From the NCBI RefSeq assembly GCF_036365525.1, contig NC_090378.1, forward strand, positions 118,157,593 to 118,221,592: a stretch of DNA of 64,000 nucleotides. Direction: 5' to 3'. Position 1 is the stretch's first letter; every line of letters starts with the position of its first letter. This document shows positions 34,501-49,500 of this stretch, one piece after another. The notes under the pieces were generated by a model. The model did not search any database. It saw only the letters and a program-made list of their open reading frames with translations, and had not been told where the DNA came from. The stretch is from Heterodontus francisci. Lineage: Eukaryota. Made by a program: the position numbers and the translations under genes.

Positions 34501-37500
34501 CTTCACAATCCAGTCTGTGTACTCAGGTACATCACACTTCACAATCCAGTCTGTGTACTCAGGTACATCACAATTCACAATCCATTCTGTGTACTCAGGT
34601 ACATCACACTTCACAATGCAATCTGTGTACTCAGGTATATCACACTTCACAATCCAGACTGTGTACTCAGGTACATCACACTTCGCAATCCAGTCCGTGT
34701 ACACAGGTACATCACACTTCACAATCCAGTCTGTGTACTCAGGTACATCACACTTCACAATCCTGTCTGTGCACTCAGGAACATCACACTTCACAATCCA
34801 GTCTGTGTACACAGGTACATCACACTTCACAATCCAGTCTGTGTACTCAGGTACATCACACTTCACAATCCGTTCTGTGTACTCAGATAAATCACTCTTC
34901 ACAATCCGGTCTGTGTACTCAGGTACATCACTCTTCACAATCCGGTCTGTGTACTCAGGTACATCACACTTCACAATCCGGTCTGTGTACTCAGGTACAT
35001 CACACTTCACAATCCAGTCTGTGTACTCAGGAACATCACAATCCACAATCCTGTCTGTGTACTCAGGTACATCACACTTCACAATCCGTTCTGAGTACTC
35101 AGGTATATCAAACTTCACAATCCGATGTGTGCACTCAGGTACATCACACTTCACAATCCAGTCTGTGTACTAAGGTACATCACACTTCACAATCCAGTCT
35201 GTATACTCAGATACATCACCCTTCAGCTTCCAATCTGTGTCCTCAGGTACATCACACTACACAATCCAGTTTGTGTACTCAGGTACATCACACTTCACAA
35301 CCCAGTCTGTGTACTCAGTTATATAACACTTCACAAACCTGACTGTGTACTCATGTACATCACACTTCACAATCCGGTCTGTGTACTCAGGTACATCACA
35401 CTTCACAATCCAGTCTGTGTACACAGGTACATCACACTTCACAATCCAGTCTGTGTAATGAGGAACATCACACTTCACAATCCAGTCTGTGTACACAGAT
35501 ACATCACCCTTCACAATCCAATCTGTGTAGTCAGGTACATCACACTTCGCAATCCAGTCCGTGTACTCAGGTACATCACACTTCACAATCCAGACTGTGT
35601 ACTCAGGTACATCACACTTCACAATCCATTTTGTGTACTCAGGTACATCACACTTCGCAATCCAGTCCGTGTACTCAGGTACATCACACTTCACAATCCG
35701 GTCTGTGTACTCAGGTACATCACACTTCACAATCCAGACTGTGTACTCAGGTACATCACACTTCACAATCCATTCTGTGTACTCAGGTACATCACACTTC
35801 GCAATCCAGTCCGTGTACTCAGGTACATCACACTTCACAATCCGGTCTGTGTACTCAGGTACATCACACTTCACAATCCAGTCTGTGTACTCAGGTACAT
35901 CACACTTCGCAATCCAGTCCGTGTTCTCAGATACATCACACTTCACAATCCAGTCTGTGTACTCAGGTACATCACACTTCACAATCCAGTCTGTGTACTC
36001 AGATACATCACACTTCACAATCCAGTCTGTGTACTCAGATACCTCACACTGCACAATCCAGTCTGTGTACTCGGGTACATCACACTTCACAATCCAGTCT
36101 GTGTACTCAGATACATCACACTTCACAATCCAGTCTGTGTACTCAGGAACATCACAATCCACAATCCTGTCTGTGTACTCAGGTACATCACACTTCACAA
36201 TCCGGTCTGAGTACTCAGGTATATCAAACATCACAATCCGGTGTGTGCACTCAGGTACATCACACTTCACAATCCAGTCTGTGTACTCAGGTACATCACA
36301 CTTCACAATCCAGTCTGTGTACTCAGATACATCACCCTTCACAATCCAATCTGTGTACTCAGGTACATCACACTACACAATCAGTTTGTGTACTCAGGTG
36401 CATCACACTTCACAACCCAGTCGGTGTACTCAGGTATATAACACTTCACAATCCAGTCTGTGTACTCAGGTACATCACTCTTCACAATCCAGTCTGTGTA
36501 CTCAGGTACATCACACTTCACAATCCAGTCTGTGTACTCAGGTACATCACACTTCACAATCCAGTCTGTGTACTCAGATACATCACACTTCACAATCCAG
36601 TCTGTGTCCCCAGATAGATCACACTTCACAATCCAGTCTGTGTACTCAGATACCTCACACTGCACAATCCAGTCTGTGTACTCGGGTACATCACACTTCA
36701 CAATCCAGTATGTGTACTCAGATACATCTCACTTCACAATCCAGTTTGTGTCCTCAGGGACATCAGACTTCACAATCCAGCCTGTGTATACAGGTACATC
36801 ACACTTCACAATCCAGTCTGTGTACTCAGGTACATCTCACTTCACAATCCAGTCTGTGTACTCAGGTACATCACACTTCACAATCCAGTCTGTGTACTCA
36901 GGGACATCACACTTCACAATCCGGTCTGTGTACTCAGGTACATCACACTTCAGAATCCAGTCTGCGTACTCAGGTACATCACACTTCACAATCCAGTCTG
37001 TGTACTCAGGTACATCATACTTCACAATGCAATCTGTGTACTCAGGTATATAACACTTCACAATCCAGACTGTGTACTCGGGTACATCACTCTTCGCAAT
37101 CCAGTCCGTGTACACAGGTACATCACACTTCACAATCCAGTCTGCGTACTCAGGTACATCACACTTCACAATCCAGTCTGTGTACTCAGGTACATCACAC
37201 TTCACAATGCAATCTGTGTACTCAGGTATATAACACTTCACAATCCAGACTGTGTACTCGGGTACATCACACTTCGCAATCCAGTCCGTGTACACAGGTA
37301 CATCACACTTCACAATCCAGTCTGTGTACTCAGGTACATCACACTTCACAATCCAGTCTGTGTACTCAGAAACATCACACTTCACAATCCAGTCTGTGTA
37401 CTCAGGTACATCACACTTCACAATCCGTTCTGTGTACTCAGGTACAGCACAATTCACAGTCCAGTCTGTGTACTCAGGTGCATCACACTTCACAATCCAT

Positions 37501-40500
37501 TCTGTGTACTCAGGTACATCACTCTTTACAATCCGGTCTGTGTACTCAGGTACATCACACTTCACAATCCAGTCTGTGTACTCAGGTACATCACACTTCA
37601 CAATCCAGTCTGTGTACTCAGAACATCACACTTCATAATCCAGTCTGTGTATTCAGGAACATCACACTTTTCAATCCAGTCTATGTACTCAGGTACATCA
37701 CACTTCGCAATCCAGTCTGTGTACTCAGGTACATCACACTTCACAATCCAGTCTGTGTACTCAGGTACATCACACTTCACAATCCAGTCTGTGTACTCAG
37801 GTATATAACACTTCACAAACCTGACTGTGTACTCATGTACATTACACTGCACAATCCGGTCTGTGTACTCAGGTATATAACACTTCACAAACCTGACTGT
37901 GTACTCATGTACATCACACTTCACAATCCGGTCTGTGTACTCAGGTACATCACACTTCACAATCCAGTCTGTGTACTCAGGTATATAACACTTCAGAAAC
38001 CTGACTGTGTACTCATGTACATCACACTTCACAATCCGGTCTGTGTACTCAGGTACATCACACTTCACAATCCAGTCTGTGTACTCAGGAACATCACACT
38101 TCACAATCCAGTCTGTGTAATCAGGAACATCACACTTCACAATCCAGTCTGTGTACTCGTGTACATCACACTTCACAATCCGGTCTGTGTACTCAGGTAC
38201 ATCACAGTACACAATCCAGACTGTGTACTCAGGTACATCACACTTCACAATCCATTCTGTGTACTCAGGTACATCACACTTCGCAATCCAGTCTGTGTAC
38301 TCAGGTACATCACACTTCACAATCCAGACTGTGTACTCAGGTACATCACACTTCACAATCCATTCTGTGTACTCAGGTACATCACACTTCGCAATCCAGT
38401 CTGTGTACTCAGATACATCACACTTCACAATCCGGTCTGTGTACTCAGGTACATCACACTTCACAATCCAGACTGTGTACTCAGGTACATCACACTTCAC
38501 AATCCGGTCTGTGTACTCAGGTACATCACACTTCACAATCCAGACTGTGTACTCAGGTACATCACACTTCACAATCCATTCTGTGTAATCAGGAACATCA
38601 CACTTCACAATCCAATCTGTGTACTCGTGTACATCACACTTCACAATCCGGTCTGTGTACTCAGGTACATCACACTTCACAATCCAGACTGTGTACTCAG
38701 GTACATCACACTTCACAATCCATTCTGTGTACTCAGGTACATCACACTTCGCAATCCAGTTCGTGTACTCAGGCACATCACACGTCACAATCCGGTCTGT
38801 GTACTCAGGTACATCACACTTCACAGTCCAGTCTGTGTACTCAGGTACATCACACTTCACAATCCAGTCCGTGTTCTCAGGTACATCACACTTCACAATC
38901 CAGTCTGTGTATTCAGGTACATCACACTTCACAATCCATTCTGTGTACTCAGGTACATCACACTTCACAATCCAGTCCGTGTTCTCAGGTACATCACACT
39001 TCGCAATCCAGTCCGTGTATTCAGGTACATCACACTTCACAATCCATTCAGTGTACTCAGGTACATCACACTTCACAATCCAGTCTGTGTACTCAGGTAC
39101 ATCACACTTCACAATCCATTCTGTGTACTCAGGTACATCACACTTCGCAATCCAGTTCGTGTACTCAGGCACATCACACGTCACAATCCCGTCTGTGTGC
39201 TCAGGTACATCACACTTCACAATCCAGTCTGTGTACTCAGGTACATCACACTTCACAATCCAGTCTCTGTACTCAGGTACATCACAGTTCACAATCCACT
39301 CTGTGTACTCAGGTACATCACACTTCACAATCCAGTCCGTGTTCTCAGGTACATCACACTTCACAATCCAGTCTGTGTACTCAGGTATATCACACTTCAC
39401 AATCCAGTCTGTGTACTCAGGAACATCACACTTCACAATCCGGTCTGTGTACTCAGGTACATCACACTTCACAATCCATTCTGTGTACTCAGGTACATCA
39501 CACTTCACAATCCAGTCCGTGTACTCAGGTACCTCACACTTCACAATCCAGTCTGTGTACTCAGGTACATGACACTTCACAATCCAGTCTGTGTACTCAG
39601 GTCCATGACACTTCACAATCCAGTCTCTGTACTCAGGTACATCACACTTCACAATCCATTCTGTGTACTCAGGTACATCACACTTCACAACCCAGTCCGT
39701 GTTCTCAGGTATATCACACTTCACAATCCACTCTGTGTACTCAGGTACATCACACTTCACAATCCAGTCCGTGTACTCAGGTACATCACACTTCACAATC
39801 CAGTCTGTGTACTCAGGGACATCACACTTCACCATCCGGTCTGTGTACTCAGGTACATCACACTTCAGAATCCAGTCTGTGTACTCAGGTACATCACACT
39901 TCACAATCCAGTCTGTGTCCTCAGGTACATCACACTTCACAATCCAGTCTGTGTACTCAGGAACATCACACTTCACAATCCAGTCAGTGTACACAGGTAC
40001 ATCGCACTTGACAATCCACTCTGTGTACTCAGGTACATCACACTTCACAATCCGTTCTGTGTACTCAGGTACATCACAATTCACAGTCCAGTCTGTGTAT
40101 TCAGATGCGTCACACTTCACAATCCATTCTGTGTACTCAGGTACATCACTCTTCACAATCCGGTCTGTGTACTCAGGTACATCACACTTCACAATCCGGT
40201 CTGTGTACTCAGGTACATCACACTTCACAATCCAGTCTGTGTACTCAGGAACATCACAATTCACAATCCTGTCTGTGTACTCAGGTACATCACACTTCAC
40301 AATCCGGTCTGAGTACTCAGGTATATCAAACTTCACAATCCGGTCCGTGTACTCAGAACATCACAATTCACAATCCAGTCTGTGCACTCAGGTACATCAC
40401 ACTTCACAATCCGGTCTGAGTACTCAGGTATATCAAACTTCACAATCCGGTCCGTGTACTCAGAACATCACAATTCACAATCCAGTCTGTGCACTCAGGT

Positions 40501-43500
40501 ATATCAAACTTCACAATCCGGTCTGTGTACTCAGAACATCACAATTCACAATCCAGTCTGTGTACTCAGATACATCACCCTTCACAATCCAATCTGTGTA
40601 CTCAGGTACATCACACTTCACAATCCAGTCTATGTACTCAGGTACATCACACTTCACAATCCAGTCTGTGTACTCAGGAACATGGCACTTCACAATCCAG
40701 TCTGTGTACTCAGGTACATCACACTTCACAATCCAGTCTGTGTACTCAGGTATATAACACTTCACAAACCTGACTGTGTACACATGTACATCACACTTCA
40801 CAATCCGGTCTGTGTACTCAGGTACATCACACTTCACAATCCAGTCTGTGTACACAGGTACATCACACTTCACAATCCAGTCTGTGTAATCAGGAACATC
40901 ACACTTCACAATCCAGTCTGTGTACACAGATACATCACCCTTCACAATCCAATCTGTGTACTCGTGTACATCACACTTCACAATCCGGTCTGTGTACTCA
41001 GGTACATCACACTTCACAGTCCAGTCTGTGTACTCAGGTACATCACACTTCACAATCCAGTCCGTGTTCTCAGGTACATCACACTTCGCAATCCATTCTG
41101 TGTACTCAGGTACATCACACTTCACAACCCAGTCCGTGTTCTCAGGTATATCACACTTCACAATCCAGTCCGTGTTCTCAGGTACATCACACTTCGCAAT
41201 CCAGTCTGTGTACTCAGGTATATCACACTTCACAATCCCGTCTGTGTGCTCAGGTACATCACACTTCACAATCCAGTCTGTGTACTCAGGTACATCACAC
41301 TTCACAATCCAGTCTCTGTACTCAGGTACATCACAGTTAACAATCCACTCTGTGTACTCAGGTACATCACACTTCACAATCCAGTCCGTGTTCTCAGGTA
41401 CATCACACTTCACAATCCAGTCTGTGTACTCAGGTATATCACACTTCACAATCCAGTCTGTGTACTCAGGAACATCACACTTCACAATCCGGTCTGTGTA
41501 CTCAGGTACATCACACTTCACAATCCATTCTGTGTGCTCAGGTACATCACACTTCACAATCCAGTCCGTGTACTCAGGTACATCACACTTCACAATCCAG
41601 TCTGTGTACTCAGGTACATGACACTTCACAATCCAGTCTGTGTGCTCAGGTCCATGACACTTCACAATCCAGTCTCTGTACTCAGGTACATCACACTTCA
41701 CAATCCATTCTGTGTACTCAGGTACATCACACTTCACAACCCAGTCCGTGTTCTCAGGTATATCACACTTCACAATCCACTCTGTGTACTCAGGTACATC
41801 ACACTTCACAATCCAGTCCGTGTACTCAGGTACATCACACTTCACAATCCAGTCTGTGTACTCAGGGACATCACACTTCACCATCCGGTCTGTGTACTCA
41901 GGTACATCACACTTCAGAATCCAGTCTGTGTACTCAGGTACATCACACTTCACAATCCAGTCTGTGTACTCAGGTACATCACACTTCACAATCCAGTCTG
42001 TGTACTCAGGAACATCACACTTCACAATCCAGTCAGTGTACACAGGTACATCGCACTTGACAATCCACTCTGTGTACTCAGGTACATCACACTTCACAAT
42101 CCGTTCTGTGTACTCAGGTACATCACAATTCACAGTCCAGTCTGTGTATTCAGATGCGTCACACTTCACAATCCATTCTGTGTACTCAGGTACATCACTC
42201 TTCACAATCCGGTCTGTGTACTCAGGTACATCACACTTCACAATCCGGTCTGTGTACTCAGGTACATCACACTTCACAATCCAGTCTGTGTACTCAGGAA
42301 CATCACAATTCACAATCCTGTCTGTGTACTCAGGTACATCACACTTCACAATCCGGTCTGAGTACTCAGGTACATCACACTTCACAATCCAGTCTGTGTA
42401 CTCAGGTACATCACACTTCACAATCCAGTCTGTGTACTCAGGTATATAACACTTCACAAACCTGACTGTGTACTCATGTACATTACACTGCACAATCCGG
42501 TCTGTGTACTCAGGTATATAACACTTCACAAACCTGACTGTGTACTCATGTACATCACACTTCACAATCCGGTCTGTGTACTCAGGTACATCACACTTCA
42601 CAATCCAGTCTGTGTACTCAGGTATATAACACTTCAGAAACCTGACTGTGTACTCATGTACATCACACTTCACAATCCGGTCTGTGTACTCAGGTACATC
42701 ACACTTCACAATCCAGTCTGTGTACTCAGGAACATCACACTTCACAATCCAGTCTGTGTAATCAGGAACATCACACTTCACAATCCAGTCTGTGTACTCG
42801 TGTACATCACACTTCACAATCCGGTCTGTGTACTCAGGTACATCACAGTACACAATCCAGACTGTGTACTCAGGTACATCACACTTCACAATCCATTCTG
42901 TGTACTCAGGTACATCACACTTCGCAATCCAGTCTGTGTACTCAGGTACATCACACTTCACAATCCAGACTGTGTACTCAGGTACATCACACTTCACAAT
43001 CCATTCTGTGTACTCAGGTACATCACACTTCGCAATCCAGTCTGTGTACTCAGATACATCACACTTCACAATCCGGTCTGTGTACTCAGGTACATCACAC
43101 TTCACAATCCAGACTGTGTACTCAGGTACATCACACTTCACAATCCGGTCTGTGTACTCAGGTACATCACACTTCACAATCCAGACTGTGTACTCAGGTA
43201 CATCACACTTCACAATCCATTCTGTGTAATCAGGAACATCACACTTCACAATCCAATCTGTGTACTCGTGTACATCACACTTCACAATCCGGTCTGTGTA
43301 CTCAGGTACATCACACTTCACAATCCAGACTGTGTACTCAGGTACATCACACTTCACAATCCATTCTGTGTACTCAGGTACATCACACTTCGCAATCCAG
43401 TTCGTGTACTCAGGCACATCACACGTCACAATCCGGTCTGTGTACTCAGGTACATCACACTTCACAGTCCAGTCTGTGTACTCAGGTACATCACACTTCA

Positions 43501-46500
43501 CAATCCAGTCCGTGTTCTCAGGTACATCACACTTCACAATCCAGTCTGTGTATTCAGGTACATCACACTTCACAATCCATTCTGTGTACTCAGGTACATC
43601 ACACTTCACAATCCAGTCCGTGTTCTCAGGTACATCACACTTCGCAATCCAGTCCGTGTATTCAGGTACATCACACTTCACAATCCATTCAGTGTACTCA
43701 GGTACATCACACTTCACAATCCAGTCTGTGTACTCAGGTACATCACACTTCACAATCCATTCTGTGTACTCAGGTACATCACACTTCGCAATCCAGTTCG
43801 TGTACTCAGGCACATCACACGTCACAATCCCGTCTGTGTGCTCAGGTACATCACACTTCACAATCCAGTCTGTGTACTCAGGTACATCACACTTCACAAT
43901 CCAGTCTCTGTACTCAGGTACATCACAGTTCACAATCCACTCTGTGTACTGAGGTACATCACACTTCACAATCCAGTCCGTGTTCTCAGGTACATCACAC
44001 TTCACAATCCAGTCTGTGTACTCAGGTATATCACACTTCACAATCCAGTCTGTGTACTCAGGAACATCACACTTCACAATCCGGTCTGTGTACTCAGGTA
44101 CATCACACTTCACAATCCATTCTGTGTACTCAGGTACATCACACTTCACAATCCAGTCCGTGTACTCAGGTACCTCACACTTCACAATCCAGTCTGTGTA
44201 CTCAGGTACATGACACTTCACAATCCAGTCTGTGTACTTAGGTCCATGACACTTCACAATCCAGTCTCTGTACTCAGGTACATCACACTTCACAATCCAT
44301 TCTGTGTACTCAGGTACATCACACTTCACAACCCAGTCCGTGTTCTCAGGTATATCACACTTCACAATCCACTCTGTGTACTCAGGTACATCACACTTCA
44401 CAATCCAGTCCGTGTACTCAGGTACATCACACTTCACAATCCAGTCTGTGTACTCAGGGACATCACACTTCACCATCCGGTCTGTGTACTCAGGTACATC
44501 ACACTTCAGAATCCAGTCTGTGTACTCAGGTACATCACACTTCACAATCCAGTCTGTGTCCTCAGGTACATCACACTTCACAATCCAGTCTGTGTACTCA
44601 GGAACATCACACTTCACAATCCAGTCAGTGTACACAGGTACATCGCACTTGACAATCCACTCTGTGTACTCAGGTACATCACACTTCACAATCCGTTCTG
44701 TGTACTCAGGTACATCACAATTCACAGTCCAGTCTGTGTATTCAGATGCGTCACACTTCACAATCCATTCTGTGTACTCAGGTACATCACTCTTCACAAT
44801 CCGGTCTGTGTACTCAGGTACATCACACTTCACAATCCGGTCTGTGTACTCAGGTACATCACACTTCACAATCCAGTCTGTGTACTCAGGAACATCACAA
44901 TTCACAATCCTGTCTGTGTACTCAGGTACATCACACTTCACAATCCGGTCTGAGTACTCAGGTATATCAAACTTCACAATCCGGTCCGTGTACTCAGAAC
45001 ATCACAATTCACAATCCAGTCTGTGCACTCAGGTACATCACACTTCACAATCCGGTCTGAGTACTCAGGTATATCAAACTTCACAATCCGGTCCGTGTAC
45101 TCAGAACATCACAATTCACAATCCAGTCTGTGCACTCAGGTATATCAAACTTCACAATCCGGTCTGTGTACTCAGAACATCACAATTCACAATCCAGTCT
45201 GTGTACTCAGATACATCACCCTTCACAATCCAATCTGTGTACTCAGGTACATCACACTTCACAATCCAGTCTATGTACTCAGGTACATCACACTTCACAA
45301 TCCAGTCTGTGTACTCAGGAACATGGCACTTCACAATCCAGTCTGTGTACTCAGGTACATCACACTTCACAATCCAGTCTGTGTACTCAGGTATATAACA
45401 CTTCACAAACCTGACTGTGTACACATGTACATCACACTTCACAATCCGGTCTGTGTACTCAGGTACATCACACTTCACAATCCAGTCTGTGTACACAGGT
45501 ACATCACACTTCACAATCCAGTCTGTGTAATCAGGAACATCACACTTCACAATCCAGTCTGTGTACACAGATACATCACCCTTCACAATCCAATCTGTGT
45601 ACTCGTGTACATCACACTTCACAATCCGGTCTGTGTACTCAGGTACATCACACTTCACAGTCCAGTCTGTGTACTCAGGTACATCACACTTCACAATCCA
45701 GTCCGTGTTCTCAGGTACATCACACTTCGCAATCCATTCTGTGTACTCAGGTACATCACACTTCACAACCCAGTCCGTGTTCTCAGGTATATCACACTTC
45801 ACAATCCAGTCCGTGTTCTCAGGTACATCACACTTCGCAATCCAGTCTGTGTACTCAGGTATATCACACTTCACAATCCCGTCTGTGTGCTCAGGTACAT
45901 CACACTTCACAATCCAGTCTGTGTACTCAGGTACATCACACTTCACAATCCAGTCTCTGTACTCAGGTACATCACAGTTAACAATCCACTCTGTGTACTC
46001 AGGTACATCACACTTCACAATCCAGTCCGTGTTCTCAGGTACATCACACTTCACAATCCAGTCTGTGTACTCAGGTATATCACACTTCACAATCCAGTCT
46101 GTGTACTCAGGAACATCACACTTCACAATCCGGTCTGTGTACTCAGGTACATCACACTTCACAATCCATTCTGTGTGCTCAGGTACATCACACTTCACAA
46201 TCCAGTCTGTGTACTCAGGTACATGACACTTCACAATCCAGTCTGTGTGCTCAGGTCCATGACACTTCACAATCCAGTCTCTGTACTCAGGTACATCACA
46301 CTTCACAATCCATTCTGTGTACTCAGGTACATCACACTTCACAACCCAGTCCGTGTTCTCAGGTATATCACACTTCACAATCCACTCTGTGTACTCAGGT
46401 ACATCACACTTCACAATCCAGTCCGTGTACTCAGGTACATCACACTTCACAATCCAGTCTGTGTACTCAGGGACATCACACTTCACCATCCGGTCTGTGT

Positions 46501-49500
46501 ACTCAGGTACATCACACTTCAGAATCCAGTCTGTGTACTCAGGTACATCACACTTCACAATCCAGTCTGTGTACTCAGGTACATCACACTTCACAATCCA
46601 GTCTGTGTACTCAGGAACATCACACTTCACAATCCAGTCAGTGTACACAGGTACATCGCACTTGACAATCCACTCTGTGTACTCAGGTACATCACACTTC
46701 ACAATCCGTTCTGTGTACTCAGGTACATCACAATTCACAGTCCAGTCTGTGTATTCAGATGCGTCACACTTCACAATCCATTCTGTGTACTCAGGTACAT
46801 CACTCTTCACAATCCGGTCTGTGTACTCAGGTACATCACACTTCACAATCCGGTCTGTGTACTCAGGTACATCACACTTCACAATCCAGTCTGTGTACTC
46901 AGGAACATCACAATTCACAATCCTGTCTGTGTACTCAGGTACATCACACTTCACAATCCGGTCTGAGTACTCAGGTATATCAAACTTCACAATCCGGTCC
47001 GTGTACTCAGAACATCACAATTCACAATCCAGTCTGTGCACTCAGGTACATCACACTTCACAATCCGGTCTGAGTACTCAGGTATATCAAACTTCACAAT
47101 CCGGTCCGTGTACTCAGAACATCACAATTCACAATCCAGTCTGTGCACTCAGGTATATCAAACTTCACAATCCGGTCTGTGTACTCAGAACATCACAATT
47201 CACAATCCAGTCTGTGTACTCAGATACATCACCCTTCACAATCCAATCTGTGTACTCAGGTACATCACACTTCACAATCCAGTCTATGTACTCAGGTACA
47301 TCACACTTCACAATCCAGTCTGTGTACTCAGGAACATGGCACTTCACAATCCAGTCTGTGTACTCAGGTACATCACACTTCACAATCCAGTCTGTGTACT
47401 CAGGTATATAACACTTCACAAACCTGACTGTGTACATATGTACATCACACTTCACAATCCGGTCTGTGTACTCAGGTACATCACACTTCACAATCCAGTC
47501 TGTGTACACAGGTACATCACACTTCACAATCCAGTCTGTGTAATCAGGAACATCACACTTCACAATCCAGTCTGTGTACACAGATACATCACCCTTCACA
47601 ATCCAGTCTGTGTACTCAGGGACATCACACTTCACCATCCGGTCTGTGTACTCAGGTACATCACACTTCAGAATCCAGTCTGTGTACTCAGGTACATCAC
47701 ACTTCACAATCCAGTCTGTGTCCTCAGGTACATCACACTTCACAATCCAGTCTGTGTACTCAGGAACATCACACTTCACAATCCAGTCAGTGTACACAGG
47801 TACATCGCACTTGACAATCCACTCTGTGTACTCAGGTACATCACACTTCACAATCCGTTCTGTGTACTCAGGTACATCACAATTCACAGTCCAGTCTGTG
47901 TATTCAGATGCGTCACACTTCACAATCCATTCTGTGTACTCAGGTACATCACTCTTCACAATCCGGTCTGTGTACTCAGGTACATCACACTTCACAATCC
48001 GGTCTGTGTACTCAGGTACATCACACTTCACAATCCAGTCTGTGTACTCAGGAACATCACAATTCACAATCCTGTCTGTGTACTCAGGTACATCACACTT
48101 CACAATCCGGTCTGAGTACTCAGGTATATCAAACTTCACAATCCGGTCCGTGTACTCAGAACATCACAATTCACAATCCAGTCTGTGCACTCAGGTACAT
48201 CACACTTCACAATCCGGTCTGAGTACTCAGGTATATCAAACTTCACAATCCGGTCCGTGTACTCAGAACATCACAATTCACAATCCAGTCTGTGCACTCA
48301 GGTATATCAAACTTCACAATCCGGTCTGTGTACTCAGAACATCACAATTCACAATCCAGTCTGTGTACTCAGATACATCACCCTTCACAATCCAATCTGT
48401 GTACTCAGGTACATCACACTTCACAATCCAGTCTATGTACTCAGGTACATCACACTTCACAATCCAGTCTGTGTACTCAGGAACATGGCACTTCACAATC
48501 CAGTCTGTGTACTCAGGTACATCACACTTCACAATCCAGTCTGTGTACTCAGGTATATAACACTTCACAAACCTGACTGTGTACACATGTACATCACACT
48601 TCACAATCCGGTCTGTGTACTCAGGTACATCACACTTCACAATCCAGTCTGTGTACACAGGTACATCACACTTCACAATCCAGTCTGTGTAATCAGGAAC
48701 ATCACACTTCACAATCCAGTCTGTGTACACAGATACATCACCCTTCACAATCCAATCTGTGTACTCGTGTACATCACACTTCACAATCCGGTCTGTGTAC
48801 TCAGGTACATCACACTTCACAGTCCAGTCTGTGTACTCAGGTACATCACACTTCACAATCCAGTCCGTGTTCTCAGGTACATCACACTTCGCAATCCATT
48901 CTGTGTACTCAGGTACATCACACTTCACAACCCAGTCCGTGTTCTCAGGTATATCACACTTCACAATCCAGTCCGTGTTCTCAGGTACATCACACTTCGC
49001 AATCCAGTCTGTGTACTCAGGTATATCACACTTCACAATCCCGTCTGTGTGCTCAGGTACATCACACTTCACAATCCAGTCTGTGTACTCAGGTACATCA
49101 CACTTCACAATCCAGTCTCTGTACTCAGGTACATCACAGTTAACAATCCACTCTGTGTACTCAGGTACATCACACTTCACAATCCAGTCCGTGTTCTCAG
49201 GTACATCACACTTCACAATCCAGTCTGTGTACTCAGGTATATCACACTTCACAATCCAGTCTGTGTACTCAGGAACATCACACTTCACAATCCGGTCTGT
49301 GTACTCAGGTACATCACACTTCACAATCCATTCTGTGTGCTCAGGTACATCACACTTCACAATCCAGTCTGTGTACTCAGGTACATGACACTTCACAATC
49401 CAGTCTGTGTGCTCAGGTCCATGACACTTCACAATCCAGTCTCTGTACTCAGGTACATCACACTTCACAATCCATTCTGTGTACTCAGGTACATCACACT